Shown here: positions 46,759-57,408 of the stretch, in pieces
Position numbering within the stretch: position 1 is the stretch's first letter
Layout of the letters: each line of letters begins with the position of its first letter
IMG/VR virus record: IMGVR_UViG_3300030328_002163
Direction: 5' to 3' (one strand)
DNA: 64,000 nucleotides
Source: an uncultured virus (IMG/VR IMGVR_UViG_3300030328_002163)
Lineage: Duplodnaviria > Heunggongvirae > Uroviricota > Caudoviricetes > Crassvirales
Position numbers and translations under genes: made by a program
Notes under the pieces: model-generated
Told to the model about the DNA's origin: nothing
What the model saw: only the letters and a program-made list of their open reading frames with translations
Database searches by the model: none

Positions 46759-47958
46759 ATGAAGAAAATCACTGTTTTAGACCTTTTTTCAGGAATTGGG
46801 GGATTTCACCTCGGTTTTGAAAAAGCGGGATATGACGTTAAAACTTTCTTTTCTGAAGTCGATACTCATGCCATTGCAGTATATAAGTATAATTTTAAAA
46901 ATAGTAAATATGTCGGATCAGTTACAGATGTTCGAGGAGAACAGTTACCAAAAATTGACGCTATCACCTTTGGAAGCCCTTGCCAAGACTTTAGTGTTGC
47001 TGGAAATCGTAAAGGGATGGGAGGAGATAGATCGAGCCTTATACTTGAAGCGATTAGACTCATCGATGAGTGCCGACCAGGAGTTTTTATCTGGGAAAAT
47101 GTTAAAGGAACGTTCAGCTCAAACGATGGCGAAGACTTTGCGGCAATCCTCCAAGCCTTTACCAACATTGGGGGCTATAGACTTGAATGGCAATTGTGTA
47201 ATACATCGTGGTTTCTACCCCAAAACAGAGAGAGAATCTACCTTGTCGGATATTCTACAGAACCCAAAGAAGATTGGAAAGGAGTTTTTCCTATCCAAAA
47301 AAATGACAAAGTTTCTCCTGGAGAGGGAGGGACCTTGGGGAAAGAATCTGGACATTCACGAACAATAACCGCTAGGTATTGGAAAATGGGATCTCATGAT
47401 ACCTATGTAAAGATGGCAGATTATAGGAATGATGAGGGATTACGAGTAAGGGAAGATGATGAAAGCCCTTGTTTATCTGCACGAAGACACAGTGAAAAGG
47501 ATGTAAGCACTATGCCACCACTTGCAGTCTCTGGAGCATTAAGAACTTTTCCTAGGCAAAAACCTAAAGGTGAAGAGGATAATAGAAAAAAACAACTAGA
47601 AACTAGGAGTGATGATGTTTCTAATGCAGTTACCACCCACCCTTTTGATAGTGTCGTGGTCCCCACTCAATTAGGTAACTCAGAAAAATATGGTAATTCC
47701 GTTAAAGCTGAGGGGGATGATGCTTTCACATTACGATCTTCAGAGCCCAATGGTATTATAGAAAACAAATCAATACGAAGACTTACACCTATAGAGTGTG
47801 AAAGGCTCCAAGGGTTTCCTGATAATTGGACCCAATATGGAATCTATGATGGTGAGACAAAAGAGGTGAGTAACACTCAAAGGTATAAGATGTGTGGTAA
47901 TGCAGTAACGGTAGATGTAGTTGAAGCTGTGGTTAATCAATGCAAAGATATAATATGA
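46759..47958 (+). CDS. C5 cytosine DNA methyltransferase
   Basis: DLFSGIGGF, GSPCQDFS, WENV, QNRERIY, RRLTPIECERLQGFPD, GNAV. Confidence 0.92.
   Translation: MKKITVLDLFSGIGGFHLGFEKAGYDVKTFFSEVDTHAIAVYKYNFKNSKYVGSVTDVRGEQLPKIDAITFGSPCQDFSVAGNRKGMGGDRSSLILEAIRLIDECRPGVFIWENVKGTFSSNDGEDFAAILQAFTNIGGYRLEWQLCNTSWFLPQNRERIYLVGYSTEPKEDWKGVFPIQKNDKVSPGEGGTLGKESGHSRTITARYWKMGSHDTYVKMADYRNDEGLRVREDDESPCLSARRHSEKDVSTMPPLAVSGALRTFPRQKPKGEEDNRKKQLETRSDDVSNAVTTHPFDSVVVPTQLGNSEKYGNSVKAEGDDAFTLRSSEPNGIIENKSIRRLTPIECERLQGFPDNWTQYGIYDGETKEVSNTQRYKMCGNAVTVDVVEAVVNQCKDII
46910..47368 (+). CDS. Nested +1-frame polypeptide within the methyltransferase (candidate beta subunit)
   Basis: Open for 190 codons in AT-rich DNA; ATG 46910 after an A-rich leader; carries STLSDILQ...KEFFLS. 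Confidence 0.6.
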   Translation: MSDQLQMFEENSYQKLTLSPLEALAKTLVLLEIVKGWEEIDRALYLKRLDSSMSADQEFLSGKMLKERSAQTMAKTLRQSSKPLPTLGAIDLNGNCVIHRGFYPKTERESTLSDILQNPKKIGKEFFLSKKMTKFLLEREGPWGKNLDIHEQ

Positions 47959-49187
47959 AGCTAAGAGACTATCAATCTGATATAGTTAAAAAAGGAATAA
48001 CAGTTCTTCAAAAGCATAGATTTTTGTATCTTGCTATGGAGGTTAGGACTGGGAAAACCTTGACAAGTTTGGCTATGAGTCTTGCTCTTCCTATTCGTAA
48101 CCTCTTATTTATAACAAAGAAAAAAGCAATTTCTAGTATTCAGTCAGACTATGATATGCTTAACCCTCCTTATAATATTACTATAATAAATTATGAAAGT
48201 CTACATAAGGTGTCTCATGAGACACAGTGGGATATGATAGTCTGTGATGAAGCACATTCTATGGGGGCATTTCCTAAGCCAAGCCTTAGAGCAAAGACAG
48301 TAAAAGAGTTTGTGTTAAAGCACAATCCTTTTGTTATTCTTTTATCAGGAACTCCTACCCCTGAGTCTTACTCACAAATGTATCACCAGGTTTATGGGAT
48401 CAGAACAAATCCTTTTAGACCTTATGTTAACTTTTACAAGTTTGCTAAACAATATGTGAAGGTTACCCAAAAAAAGATTGGAGCCTTAAGTATTAATGAC
48501 TACAGTAATGGATTGCCAACCATCTTAGATATAATGAAACCTTATACCTTAGCTTATTCTCAGAAAGAAGCAGGTTTTAAAGTGAGCACTGATGAGAAAG
48601 TGTTATATGTTCCTGTCTCACCATTAATAAAAAAATTAGTAAGAAAATTAACTACTGATAGGGTGGTAGAAGGAGATCAGAATGTAATATTAGCCGATAC
48701 AGCAGTTAAGTTAATGTCAAAATTGCATCAACTTTATTCAGGCACGGTAAAATTTGAAAGCGGAGAGTCTATGGTAATTGATTTAAGTAAAGCGGAGTTT
48801 ATTAGAAAAGAGTTTAAAAATAAAAAGATAGCTATTTTTTATAAGTTTAAAGAAGAACTAAATGCTCTAAAGAAAGTATATAGAAAATCTTTATGCACAG
48901 AATTGGAAGAGTTTAATAGCACTAACAAATGTATTGCATTACAGATAGTATCAGGTAGAGAAGGTATCAGTTTAAAGAATGCACAAGCATTAGTATATTA
49001 TAATATAGACTTTAGTGCCACGAGTTATTGGCAATCTAGAGATCGAATGACTACTAAGAATAGATTATATAACAAGATATATTGGGTGTTTAGTGAGGGA
49101 GGAATAGAAAATGATATATATAAAAGTGTGATTAAAAAGAAAGATTACACCCTTAATCACTTCAAAAAGGATTTACTAAATTTGTAA
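47955..49187 (+). CDS. SNF2-like SF2 helicase
   Basis: LRDYQ, MEVRTGKT, DEAH, LSGTP, GREGISL, QSRDR; likely start ATG 47955. Confidence 0.85.
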   Translation: MKLRDYQSDIVKKGITVLQKHRFLYLAMEVRTGKTLTSLAMSLALPIRNLLFITKKKAISSIQSDYDMLNPPYNITIINYESLHKVSHETQWDMIVCDEAHSMGAFPKPSLRAKTVKEFVLKHNPFVILLSGTPTPESYSQMYHQVYGIRTNPFRPYVNFYKFAKQYVKVTQKKIGALSINDYSNGLPTILDIMKPYTLAYSQKEAGFKVSTDEKVLYVPVSPLIKKLVRKLTTDRVVEGDQNVILADTAVKLMSKLHQLYSGTVKFESGESMVIDLSKAEFIRKEFKNKKIAIFYKFKEELNALKKVYRKSLCTELEEFNSTNKCIALQIVSGREGISLKNAQALVYYNIDFSATSYWQSRDRMTTKNRLYNKIYWVFSEGGIENDIYKSVIKKKDYTLNHFKKDLLNL

Positions 49188-49188
49188 T

Positions 49189-49410
49189 ATGAGGTTTATT
49201 AAGTTTACTCTTATATGGATAAGCCAAAACTTAGCAATACCTTTTTGGGTGGTGGGACACATACATCTTTCTATTCATTCTTTTCATGACTTAATAGAAA
49301 TTTGTTCATCATTAGGAATGAATATTATTGTAGCAATAGGTTTTTATTTAGATTATAAATATGACAGAACAACAAATACAAAGCAAAAGAATAAAAGAGT
49401 TAGAGGCTGA
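49189..49410 (+). CDS. Small membrane protein
   Basis: Two hydrophobic segments, 73 aa. Confidence 0.5.
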   Translation: MRFIKFTLIWISQNLAIPFWVVGHIHLSIHSFHDLIEICSSLGMNIIVAIGFYLDYKYDRTTNTKQKNKRVRG

Positions 49411-49600
49411 TGGATATTATGTAATTAAGTTAATTAAAACTAATAAGAATGGGATTCCTGATCTCCTGGCAATACCACCAAATAGTGATGTTTTATTTTC
49501 AGAGGTTAAGACTCCTAAAGGAAGAGTGTCAGCTTTACAAAAATATAGATTAAAAGAATTAAAAGACTATGGATATAAAACCGAGGTATATAAAGGATAG
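49361..49600 (+). CDS. VRR-NUC nuclease / Holliday junction resolvase
   Basis: EQQIQ...GIPDL...FSEVK...GRVSALQ. Confidence 0.85.
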   Translation: MTEQQIQSKRIKELEADGYYVIKLIKTNKNGIPDLLAIPPNSDVLFSEVKTPKGRVSALQKYRLKELKDYGYKTEVYKG

Positions 49601-49892
49601 GGGGTATGATGTTGAAGACAACTTTATAACTTCTTTAGAAGAAATAGATGAACAGATAGCTATAAAAATTGCTATGTATATTGAGCAAAACTTAACAGAT
49701 ATTTCTCCTAACAACTCTACCACATATGTGTTGGGGGGTGTTGTTCATCATTTTAATGAACCGATTACTTTTGCAGTTGAGGTTATGAAAACTTATGGGA
49801 TACAGATTACATTAACAGATTTATCTCTCATAGACATGAATGAATATTTAGATTTAATTTGCTTAAATGCATATATAAAGCCAAGAAAATGA
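49569..49892 (+). CDS. Hypothetical protein
   Basis: 107 aa ORF. Confidence 0.55.
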   Translation: MDIKPRYIKDRGYDVEDNFITSLEEIDEQIAIKIAMYIEQNLTDISPNNSTTYVLGGVVHHFNEPITFAVEVMKTYGIQITLTDLSLIDMNEYLDLICLNAYIKPRK

Positions 49893-50104
49893 ATTATATA
49901 ATAGAAGATTTAGAATATTTTAAATCATATAAAAGAAATTTATATCAATTTCTTATTATTAATTGTTGTTATCCAGGGAATTATAATCATAATGGGGGGC
50001 GTATACCTATATCTGCAAAAGATATGTTAGGACTGCTTAAAGAGATCAGTAGCATAGAGATTCGTATCAATAGATTAGAAGAGGAAATTGATCCCACCGT
50101 TTGA
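49859..50104 (+). CDS. Hypothetical protein
   Basis: ORF; true start is probably ATG 49889. Confidence 0.45.
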   Translation: MLKCIYKAKKMNYIIEDLEYFKSYKRNLYQFLIINCCYPGNYNHNGGRIPISAKDMLGLLKEISSIEIRINRLEEEIDPTV

Positions 50105-50130
50105 ATCTTATCAAAAAATTTTTATATTTG
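50100..50130 (+). promoter_or_regulatory. Bacteroidota promoter TTTG-N19-TATATTTG
   Basis: Both the -33 and -7 elements are present before ATG 50151. Confidence 0.65.
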
Positions 50131-50150
50131 ATGTAGATGGTCAAATATAA

Positions 50151-50342
50151 ATGAACGATATATCTCAAGACGATGTGAATGCTATCAAGCATATTAACTA
50201 TGTGACAAATAATTCACACGATCTTATTACCGAGTTATATGAGGATTTAATGGAGAGAGATCATCAACAAGCCAAAATAAAAGCCCAAGAAATTTGTAAA
50301 GTTATGGCTGAACTTATTCAGTCTTTGTCTGATGAAGTTTAG
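50151..50342 (+). CDS. Hypothetical protein
   Basis: 63 aa, converges on the large ejection protein gene. Confidence 0.6.
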   Translation: MNDISQDDVNAIKHINYVTNNSHDLITELYEDLMERDHQQAKIKAQEICKVMAELIQSLSDEV

Positions 50343-53300
50343 TTCTTTTTCTCTCTTTTTTCTTGTTCCTTCAACATCTTAATTATTTGTCTATATGCTG
50401 CTGGGGCATATTTTCGTAGGTTTTCTAGCTCTTCTTTTGAATAAGATATTCTTCCACCACTTTTTTTCTGAGCCTTTCTCTTGTCTGCAAAGAAATCATT
50501 AACTATCATTCTTCTTATGTCTTTATAAAATGGAAGTAAATTTAAGTTACCTGCTAATTCAACTGCCATTCTTTCAGTCAGTTCTCTTTCATAAAAGTCC
50601 CTAGTCTTTTTATCTTTAGCAGTAGTTAACCCTACTAGTACCTTTCTTAGTCGTTCACTTGATTGAAGAGCTGGACCATAAGGGCCGGCAAATAATTTAA
50701 TAGCATTTTCAAATGAAGTTTTATTTTTAATGTCTTCTGCACCTATAAGATTAAACACCACTGAATGTTCAAACTGATCGTACTCTTCACCTCCTCTTAA
50801 GTCTTCACCAAATTCTTCATTAGCTAACTCTATTGCTAATGAAATAGGATAGTTAGGTATATTACCCAATCCTCTTCTAAACATTAATGTAGCAATAGTT
50901 CCAACCAATTGTCTACCTAATAAGTCCTCTAGTACAATATCTTCTTCTTCATCCTCCATGTCGAAGGCTTCATCGAACAATCCTCTAAGAACTGTATATA
51001 ATGCCATATAAGCTGTCATCCTACCTGTTATACCTAAAAGCAAACCTCCCGCTTGTACTCTACTTAAATCTCCATTATTATACATAGCGGTTATAGCTTT
51101 CTTAGCTGTAATAAATTCAAACAAATTAAATCTAGCCATATATCCATTAGCTAGTTTATATGCCCTCATCATTCCACTATCTTCTTTCTGAGTTTGTAGT
51201 TTTAAAATAGAATTAAAAGGATTTACTGATGTTGCCATTCTTACTATAGCTGCATCTGCCGCTATTCTAGCATTCTTAATAGCTTCTTTATTATTTAAAT
51301 ATTCAGAGTTACCTTCTCCTATATTAATAAGATCTTGTTCTGTAAGTTTTACCCCTGTTTCTTTTTCGAATGCATTCACAAACTCTGCAAAATACAAAGG
51401 TCTTGATATAGCTTTATCAGGATTAGAGATAAGATTTGATCCCATAAAATCAGTAAGTGCAGTCGCACCTTTTAATATTGGTAAATTATCATATATAAAA
51501 TTAATCTTCTCAAGTATAGGTGGTATAGCTCTATCTTTAACAGATTTACCTTTTTTAAATACTGCTGCATCTACCATTTTGCCAGTCAAAGCAGTAGGAT
51601 CATATAGTTTTAATGTTTCTGAACTACCTATATTTCGCATAAACATAGCGCCTTGAGGATTCATGGAGTACTTTCCAAACTTAGTCATACCTTGTATAAG
51701 GGCTTTTGGACTGGAAAGCAACCCAAATAATAAGTTAGAACCTAATTCCGCACCAGCTCTAGGTACAGAAGCTAGTGCAGCAAAGTATCCTATTCTTCTC
51801 ATGTTATCGAATATTCTTTCACCGAAAGTAGTTTCTATAAAATTTCCTTCGAATACTATTCTTATATTTTCTTCAAGAGCTTTCTTTAAAGCCTCTACCG
51901 ATTCTTTTTGTATGTCTGTAGCATTTGGATCATTATCAATTTCTTTCTGTACTTTGTCAACTGTTTTTAAAACTTGTCTAATAGGTCTAGTCATTTGATA
52001 GTCCATAATAGTTTGTCTCATACCTCTTGATGTAGATGATATTATGTCAAAGTTTATAGGCTTTCCGCCAGGTGTTCTTTGTGTTAATGTACCAGCTTTA
52101 GTTGAACCAGTAGGGTTCATAAATTTTTGTTTTTGTTCTAGTGTAGCCTTTGACATGTCCTCTTTACTTTCATATACTACATCATGATGTACATAGTAAT
52201 TATATAAATCAACTCGATTACCTCTTACATTTGCAGCAGTATATAAAGCTTTAGCCGCTAGTGACTCATTTACTTTATCTATTAACTCTAAGGCTTTTAT
52301 CTCATTTTTACTTAAGGCTTTGTTTAATTTTTCATTATCTATCTGCCCTTCTTTGTTTGAAAATTCTTTTTTTAATTTTTTTAATATTTTAATATCTTCT
52401 TGAGCAAATGTTTTGTTAGACTTTTCTAACATTTCTATTGTTTTGTCTACATAATCTATAGCAGGTTCAACCCCCTTTTTATCAGGATTAGCATTATATT
52501 CTCTTTGTAATGCATAAATCATTAATCTGTACTTAGACTCAACTATACTATTAGTACCCTTTACTAGTTGTATTTTAGAATTTGGCTTACTTAATAAAAC
52601 CTCTGCTTCTTCTAATAATTTATCTGCTATACCAATATCAGTTTCGGCTTTGGAATACTCTGAAGCTAATATTAATGCAGTGGCTTTAGCTATGTCAGAA
52701 TTATTATAGTTTCCTAAGACCTCATCAATATTGCCCATATTGGTTGCTCTTATTTCTTGAAAAGTTCCTGATCCACCTCTCAACACAGACTTAACTTTAC
52801 CATAAAACTTAGATAAGAAATTGGTTATGTTGGTGCCTTTTACTTTTCTTTTAATAATGTTTGTAAACTTATTTCTATTAGCTATAATGTCATCCATTAA
52901 AGACACTGCGCTTTGGTCTATAAAACCATTGTTGATGTTGTTTAATATTTTCTTTAAATTAACTAAAGTTGAATAATCATTGCTACCATCTTTCTTTACT
53001 TTCACTAATTGTTTTAAATCTTCTTTAGTTAATGTTTTATAAAACTCTGCATCTTCAAATGCTATTTGTCCTTTAAGTGGAGATGTGTCTAATTTAATAT
53101 TAAGAATATCATCTATCTCATTATCTAAATTAAAATCTAATTCTAACTGAGTTGATTCTTCTAAATTTGTTTCTTCTTTTACTATAACAGAGTTGATTAT
53201 ATCATCTGCTGTCTTAAGCATTTTACCTGATTCATCTAAAGTTAATACCTTAGCTCTTTCACCTATGATGTTTAATAAATCCATATAAGCATCTAGCTTT

Positions 53301-56300
53301 TCTAATGGTATAATCTTAGCATCATAACTAAGTAATTTCTGTAGAGATGGAAACAAATCTTTAGCACTTCCAATCTTACTCTTAATATTTCTTTTAGCTA
53401 CTTTTCTTTTTTTGTTAGCTTGAACAATTGTATTGGCTAAATCAGCCTTCTCATAAATTTTAGTTATATAATCTTGTAATGCTTTAACTTGAGCTTCATC
53501 ATTAAAATTAGTTCTTAAAGCTTTACTAATCATTACATTAGCTTGATTCTTAGTAATTACATTTTTATTTCCTAATCCTTTAATATATTTAACTACCTCT
53601 GCGGCTTTCTTTCTAAAATCTCTTACAGCTTCCTTTGCACCTCTTTTTTCGCTTTTGACTATTTCTTTTAGTTTAGTAAGCTCAGAAGTCTTTTTCATAT
53701 CAAAGCCTTTAGTTTTTACACCTTTACCTAACATAGCATCATATACTTTAACCATATTAGGTGTAAGTTTTTTCTCTATAGCCGAACCTTTAATGCCATT
53801 ATATATATCAGTTAACCAATCTTTAAACCTAGAGAAGATTCTTTCTAATCTACTATTTGGCGCTTTACCATCTGCTAAATATTTTTCAAATCCTCGAGCA
53901 AAGATTTCACTTACTTCTCTACTCCATCTTTTTTTACCTGCAAACTTTAATACAGTTTGTTTCTCTTCTTTAGTTAAATATTTCTCATATATATGAGCTA
54001 ACTCATGTAATGGAGTAGAAACATCAGGGTTTGTCATAGCTATTATAACAAATTCACCATCTCTTGCAATCATCGCACCTCTAGCTGAAGCATCCATTTC
54101 TTGGAACAAAGGCCCTCCTGTTTCTGAGAAAGGATTTATCATGCTACCATTTTTTGTGAAAAAGTATTTCCCAGATCTTGCTTTCTTAATTCCATAGCCC
54201 AATTTTTCTGCTGCTTTTCTCAAAGCAAACTCATCAAGATTAGATGCCATGCTATACCCAGACTCATTAAAATTATAAAGTTGTGCTAATTTACCTATAG
54301 GACTTTTAGGTGATTGATATAATTTCTTTTGTTCCTTAAGAGCTTTTATATCTTCATCAGTAGCTTTTACAAATTTTATTTTTTTGTACATTTCTTCTAC
54401 AGAAATTCCTTCTCTTTTAGCCATAGATCGTATGGCTTTATCCATAACTGTAGCAGCTCCTAATGCTTGATCTCTATCAAGATTAAATACTTTTCGTTGT
54501 ATATCATAAAGTTGTTTGAGATTATTAGCCACTTTACCAGGTAGAGGTTTTTTTGTTTTTTCTTCTGCTATTTGTTTTTTTCTTCTAGCTACAGATTTTG
54601 GATTAGCAATATTTTCAAATCCTTCTATTGTTTCTGTAAGTTTTATAGTTCCAGGCTCAACTATATCAGTTTTTTCAATAAACTCCTCGTTAGTAAGGGT
54701 GTTATCTTTAGATACTTTAATAGTGCTATAAACGTCTCCGTCTGCATTTTTATATCTAAAAGTTCTACTTCCGTCTTTAGCTGTAATAACTTCAACTGAA
54801 GAATTTTCATCTGGCTCACCTTCTACACGCTCTCTTGTAAATGTGTGAGTTTCTTTTTTTACTGGATCTTTATCATTGATAGCTAAAGGATCTACTTCCT
54901 CTTCGGACTTCGTTTCCTCTTCACTGATAACTTCGGTTTCTTCTTTACCCTCTTGGGTAATGGTCCCTTCGGTGTCTCCTTTTCCCACCTCCGAGCCATC
55001 TGGGGATTGTTGGCGTGCATCCACGCCCTCTGTGCTTCGCTTTTGAATGGCATCTTCTGTAATTTTAGTTATACTTTTATTTATTTCTTCTATCTTATTA
55101 TCAATATCTTTAACTGTTCTAGGATCTTTATTTGCTTTCTTTTGCATTAAAGCTTGTTCCTCTACCATTAGGGATAGAATTTCTTTTTTAGACTGTGTAT
55201 CGAGCTCTGGATTGATTTTCTTGCTTAGTCCAACTATCTGATCATAATTAGCTAGTATCTTTTCTCCTTCTTCTTTAGTTAACTTACCATCATTAATCAT
55301 TTCTTTTATAGCTCCTACCTGTGCCTTTCTAATTTTTTTATAGTTCTTATCGTTTGATGTGTTTAAAAACAGCTCAAACAACTCATCATTCATTTCTTCT
55401 AGGTTATTTACCATAGGATCAGTTCCTAATCCTTGATACATCATCATAGGTATAGACAATGTAATACCTCCAATACCTTCTTGTATACCAGCTTTGAGTA
55501 CTTGTTTATAATATTCTTCACTAAATGCTTCAGGTGTATCGAAGTTACCTTTATCTGAAGCTACATTCCATAATCTTTTAGCATTAATCTCGGCTATTTG
55601 TTGAAGAGCTCCTGTCTCTGCTTCGGCTAATCCCATAGAGCCAGCTCGTAAGGTGCCTTTCAATATTTTGTTTTTAACTTCTCTTTCTATAATTTCAGAA
55701 AAAGTTTTTGCAGAACTTTTTCCTGTGCCTTGTCCAAGTTTTTTTAATCCTTGTAAAGTCAATTGCTTAACAAATGGAGAAGATGCAGTCATGTTACGAA
55801 ATCCATAAGCTTCTAGTATACCTGTAACTATACCTAATGGACCTGTTATTAAATACTTTTGAGATTCTGGTACTTCTGCAAAACTAGGATCTTTCTCCAT
55901 TTCCTCATTAATTGCATCCATTTGAAGTATTCCAAAGTTTAATACCCTACCACCAAAACCATAACTCATTAAAGCTGGTAAGCTTTCACCGACACCTAAT
56001 ACAGCCCCTCCCACAAGAGATTCTCTTTGTACTCTATCAGCATATTCCCTAGTTGTTTTTGTTATAGGTCTTGATAATAAATCTGTTGCACCTACCCTTA
56101 CAGAAGGTAGTACTTCTGCTTTTACAGATTTACTAGCTATATCTTTTACTTTAGAATTTAACTCAGATTTCTTTGATTTATCTATATTATTAACAATGTT
56201 TTGTAATTTATCTAGTGGTATATCTCCATATTTAGCTTCTAAGTAAGCATTTCTTAATGCCATCTCAGCAGGTTTACCTTTTTTAAAACCTTGTATCTCT

Positions 56301-57406
56301 TCTACTTTCTCATCACTCAATGATACTCTCCAACTGTCATAATCTAAATCTTTACTATCTAATCCTTCTACCTTTTCTCCACTATTTATTAGTTCTTCTA
56401 TTATGTTTCGATTATAATCTTGTGGTGACATTCCAGCGTTAGGTAAAATGTTAACTAAAATATCTGTAGCAATTCCAGATTGCCCACTTGCTATTCTACC
56501 AACACCATCAAAAAATTTATTTATAAAAGCTCCTACAAAAGTTCCTTTCTCTGCTTCTTTTTCTACATACCTTCCTACATTCTTTCTATAAGCAATCATG
56601 TCTTGTTGATTCTTGGTTTGCTTTTCGCTTATTTCATTTCTTTTTGTTTCTAGTTGTAAGTCTCTTTCTTTAAATTGCTCCAGTTGTTGTTGAGCTAATA
56701 AAGGGTTCGATTGTTTTAAATCATTATATTCTTTAGAATAAAAATATTGTCTTTCCTTTTCTAATTCATTAAAGTCTCTTAAATATAATTTAAGCTCACT
56801 ATTGAACCTGCTTTGATTGTTTTGAAAACTTTTTACATAGTTATCATACTCCTCTTCATCATAAAACTTGACCTCATTTTTATCATAGTTTTTTTCTATA
56901 GTAGATAAAGGATCAGTAGACTGATTGTTTTTAATAAAATCTTGTATACCTTTTGGGTTTCTTTTATAGTTAGTAAATGTTTCTTCTACTCCTGTAGGGC
57001 TAGTAATTTTTATTGCATTAATACCAACACCTAATGGACTACTCCATTCTTCAAACTTAAAACCTTTGTTGCCGAATAAATAATTTAATTCTGGAACTGC
57101 ATTCTCTTCACCTTGATTAAGGACTTCATCCGTTGCTAATAATTCCAAAGAACCATCTTCTGCCACTTGAGTTTCTGTAGTAGATACCGAAACGCTTTGA
57201 GGAGAAATGGAAGGAGAGTCTTTTTTTTTTACCCCAAAATCTTGGAGCATTTGTTCTATGGGAGGCATCTCGTAATGCTCTAGCATATTTTCCCTAAGCT
57301 TACCTATTTTAACAGGGTCTTGCATATCTATAGCAAACTGTTCATAAGCTGGTAGATCAAAATACTTTAAAGCATTTTCATACAGTCTTTTTAATTTTTC
57401 CTCCAT
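50339..57406 (-). CDS. Large internal virion/ejection protein (polyvalent type) with zincin-like HExxH domain
   Basis: 2355 aa; STPLHELAH...EIFARGFEKYL...F..FKDWLTDIY; last of three ejection-type genes. Confidence 0.7.
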   Translation of the reverse strand: MEEKLKRLYENALKYFDLPAYEQFAIDMQDPVKIGKLRENMLEHYEMPPIEQMLQDFGVKKKDSPSISPQSVSVSTTETQVAEDGSLELLATDEVLNQGEENAVPELNYLFGNKGFKFEEWSSPLGVGINAIKITSPTGVEETFTNYKRNPKGIQDFIKNNQSTDPLSTIEKNYDKNEVKFYDEEEYDNYVKSFQNNQSRFNSELKLYLRDFNELEKERQYFYSKEYNDLKQSNPLLAQQQLEQFKERDLQLETKRNEISEKQTKNQQDMIAYRKNVGRYVEKEAEKGTFVGAFINKFFDGVGRIASGQSGIATDILVNILPNAGMSPQDYNRNIIEELINSGEKVEGLDSKDLDYDSWRVSLSDEKVEEIQGFKKGKPAEMALRNAYLEAKYGDIPLDKLQNIVNNIDKSKKSELNSKVKDIASKSVKAEVLPSVRVGATDLLSRPITKTTREYADRVQRESLVGGAVLGVGESLPALMSYGFGGRVLNFGILQMDAINEEMEKDPSFAEVPESQKYLITGPLGIVTGILEAYGFRNMTASSPFVKQLTLQGLKKLGQGTGKSSAKTFSEIIEREVKNKILKGTLRAGSMGLAEAETGALQQIAEINAKRLWNVASDKGNFDTPEAFSEEYYKQVLKAGIQEGIGGITLSIPMMMYQGLGTDPMVNNLEEMNDELFELFLNTSNDKNYKKIRKAQVGAIKEMINDGKLTKEEGEKILANYDQIVGLSKKINPELDTQSKKEILSLMVEEQALMQKKANKDPRTVKDIDNKIEEINKSITKITEDAIQKRSTEGVDARQQSPDGSEVGKGDTEGTITQEGKEETEVISEEETKSEEEVDPLAINDKDPVKKETHTFTRERVEGEPDENSSVEVITAKDGSRTFRYKNADGDVYSTIKVSKDNTLTNEEFIEKTDIVEPGTIKLTETIEGFENIANPKSVARRKKQIAEEKTKKPLPGKVANNLKQLYDIQRKVFNLDRDQALGAATVMDKAIRSMAKREGISVEEMYKKIKFVKATDEDIKALKEQKKLYQSPKSPIGKLAQLYNFNESGYSMASNLDEFALRKAAEKLGYGIKKARSGKYFFTKNGSMINPFSETGGPLFQEMDASARGAMIARDGEFVIIAMTNPDVSTPLHELAHIYEKYLTKEEKQTVLKFAGKKRWSREVSEIFARGFEKYLADGKAPNSRLERIFSRFKDWLTDIYNGIKGSAIEKKLTPNMVKVYDAMLGKGVKTKGFDMKKTSELTKLKEIVKSEKRGAKEAVRDFRKKAAEVVKYIKGLGNKNVITKNQANVMISKALRTNFNDEAQVKALQDYITKIYEKADLANTIVQANKKRKVAKRNIKSKIGSAKDLFPSLQKLLSYDAKIIPLEKLDAYMDLLNIIGERAKVLTLDESGKMLKTADDIINSVIVKEETNLEESTQLELDFNLDNEIDDILNIKLDTSPLKGQIAFEDAEFYKTLTKEDLKQLVKVKKDGSNDYSTLVNLKKILNNINNGFIDQSAVSLMDDIIANRNKFTNIIKRKVKGTNITNFLSKFYGKVKSVLRGGSGTFQEIRATNMGNIDEVLGNYNNSDIAKATALILASEYSKAETDIGIADKLLEEAEVLLSKPNSKIQLVKGTNSIVESKYRLMIYALQREYNANPDKKGVEPAIDYVDKTIEMLEKSNKTFAQEDIKILKKLKKEFSNKEGQIDNEKLNKALSKNEIKALELIDKVNESLAAKALYTAANVRGNRVDLYNYYVHHDVVYESKEDMSKATLEQKQKFMNPTGSTKAGTLTQRTPGGKPINFDIISSTSRGMRQTIMDYQMTRPIRQVLKTVDKVQKEIDNDPNATDIQKESVEALKKALEENIRIVFEGNFIETTFGERIFDNMRRIGYFAALASVPRAGAELGSNLLFGLLSSPKALIQGMTKFGKYSMNPQGAMFMRNIGSSETLKLYDPTALTGKMVDAAVFKKGKSVKDRAIPPILEKINFIYDNLPILKGATALTDFMGSNLISNPDKAISRPLYFAEFVNAFEKETGVKLTEQDLINIGEGNSEYLNNKEAIKNARIAADAAIVRMATSVNPFNSILKLQTQKEDSGMMRAYKLANGYMARFNLFEFITAKKAITAMYNNGDLSRVQAGGLLLGITGRMTAYMALYTVLRGLFDEAFDMEDEEEDIVLEDLLGRQLVGTIATLMFRRGLGNIPNYPISLAIELANEEFGEDLRGGEEYDQFEHSVVFNLIGAEDIKNKTSFENAIKLFAGPYGPALQSSERLRKVLVGLTTAKDKKTRDFYERELTERMAVELAGNLNLLPFYKDIRRMIVNDFFADKRKAQKKSGGRISYSKEELENLRKYAPAAYRQIIKMLKEQEKREKKN

Positions 57407-57408
57407 AT

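Noticed and set aside
50329..50345. CTGATGA at the end of ORF 50151..50342
   Set aside because: No following stem II and GAAA; not a hammerhead
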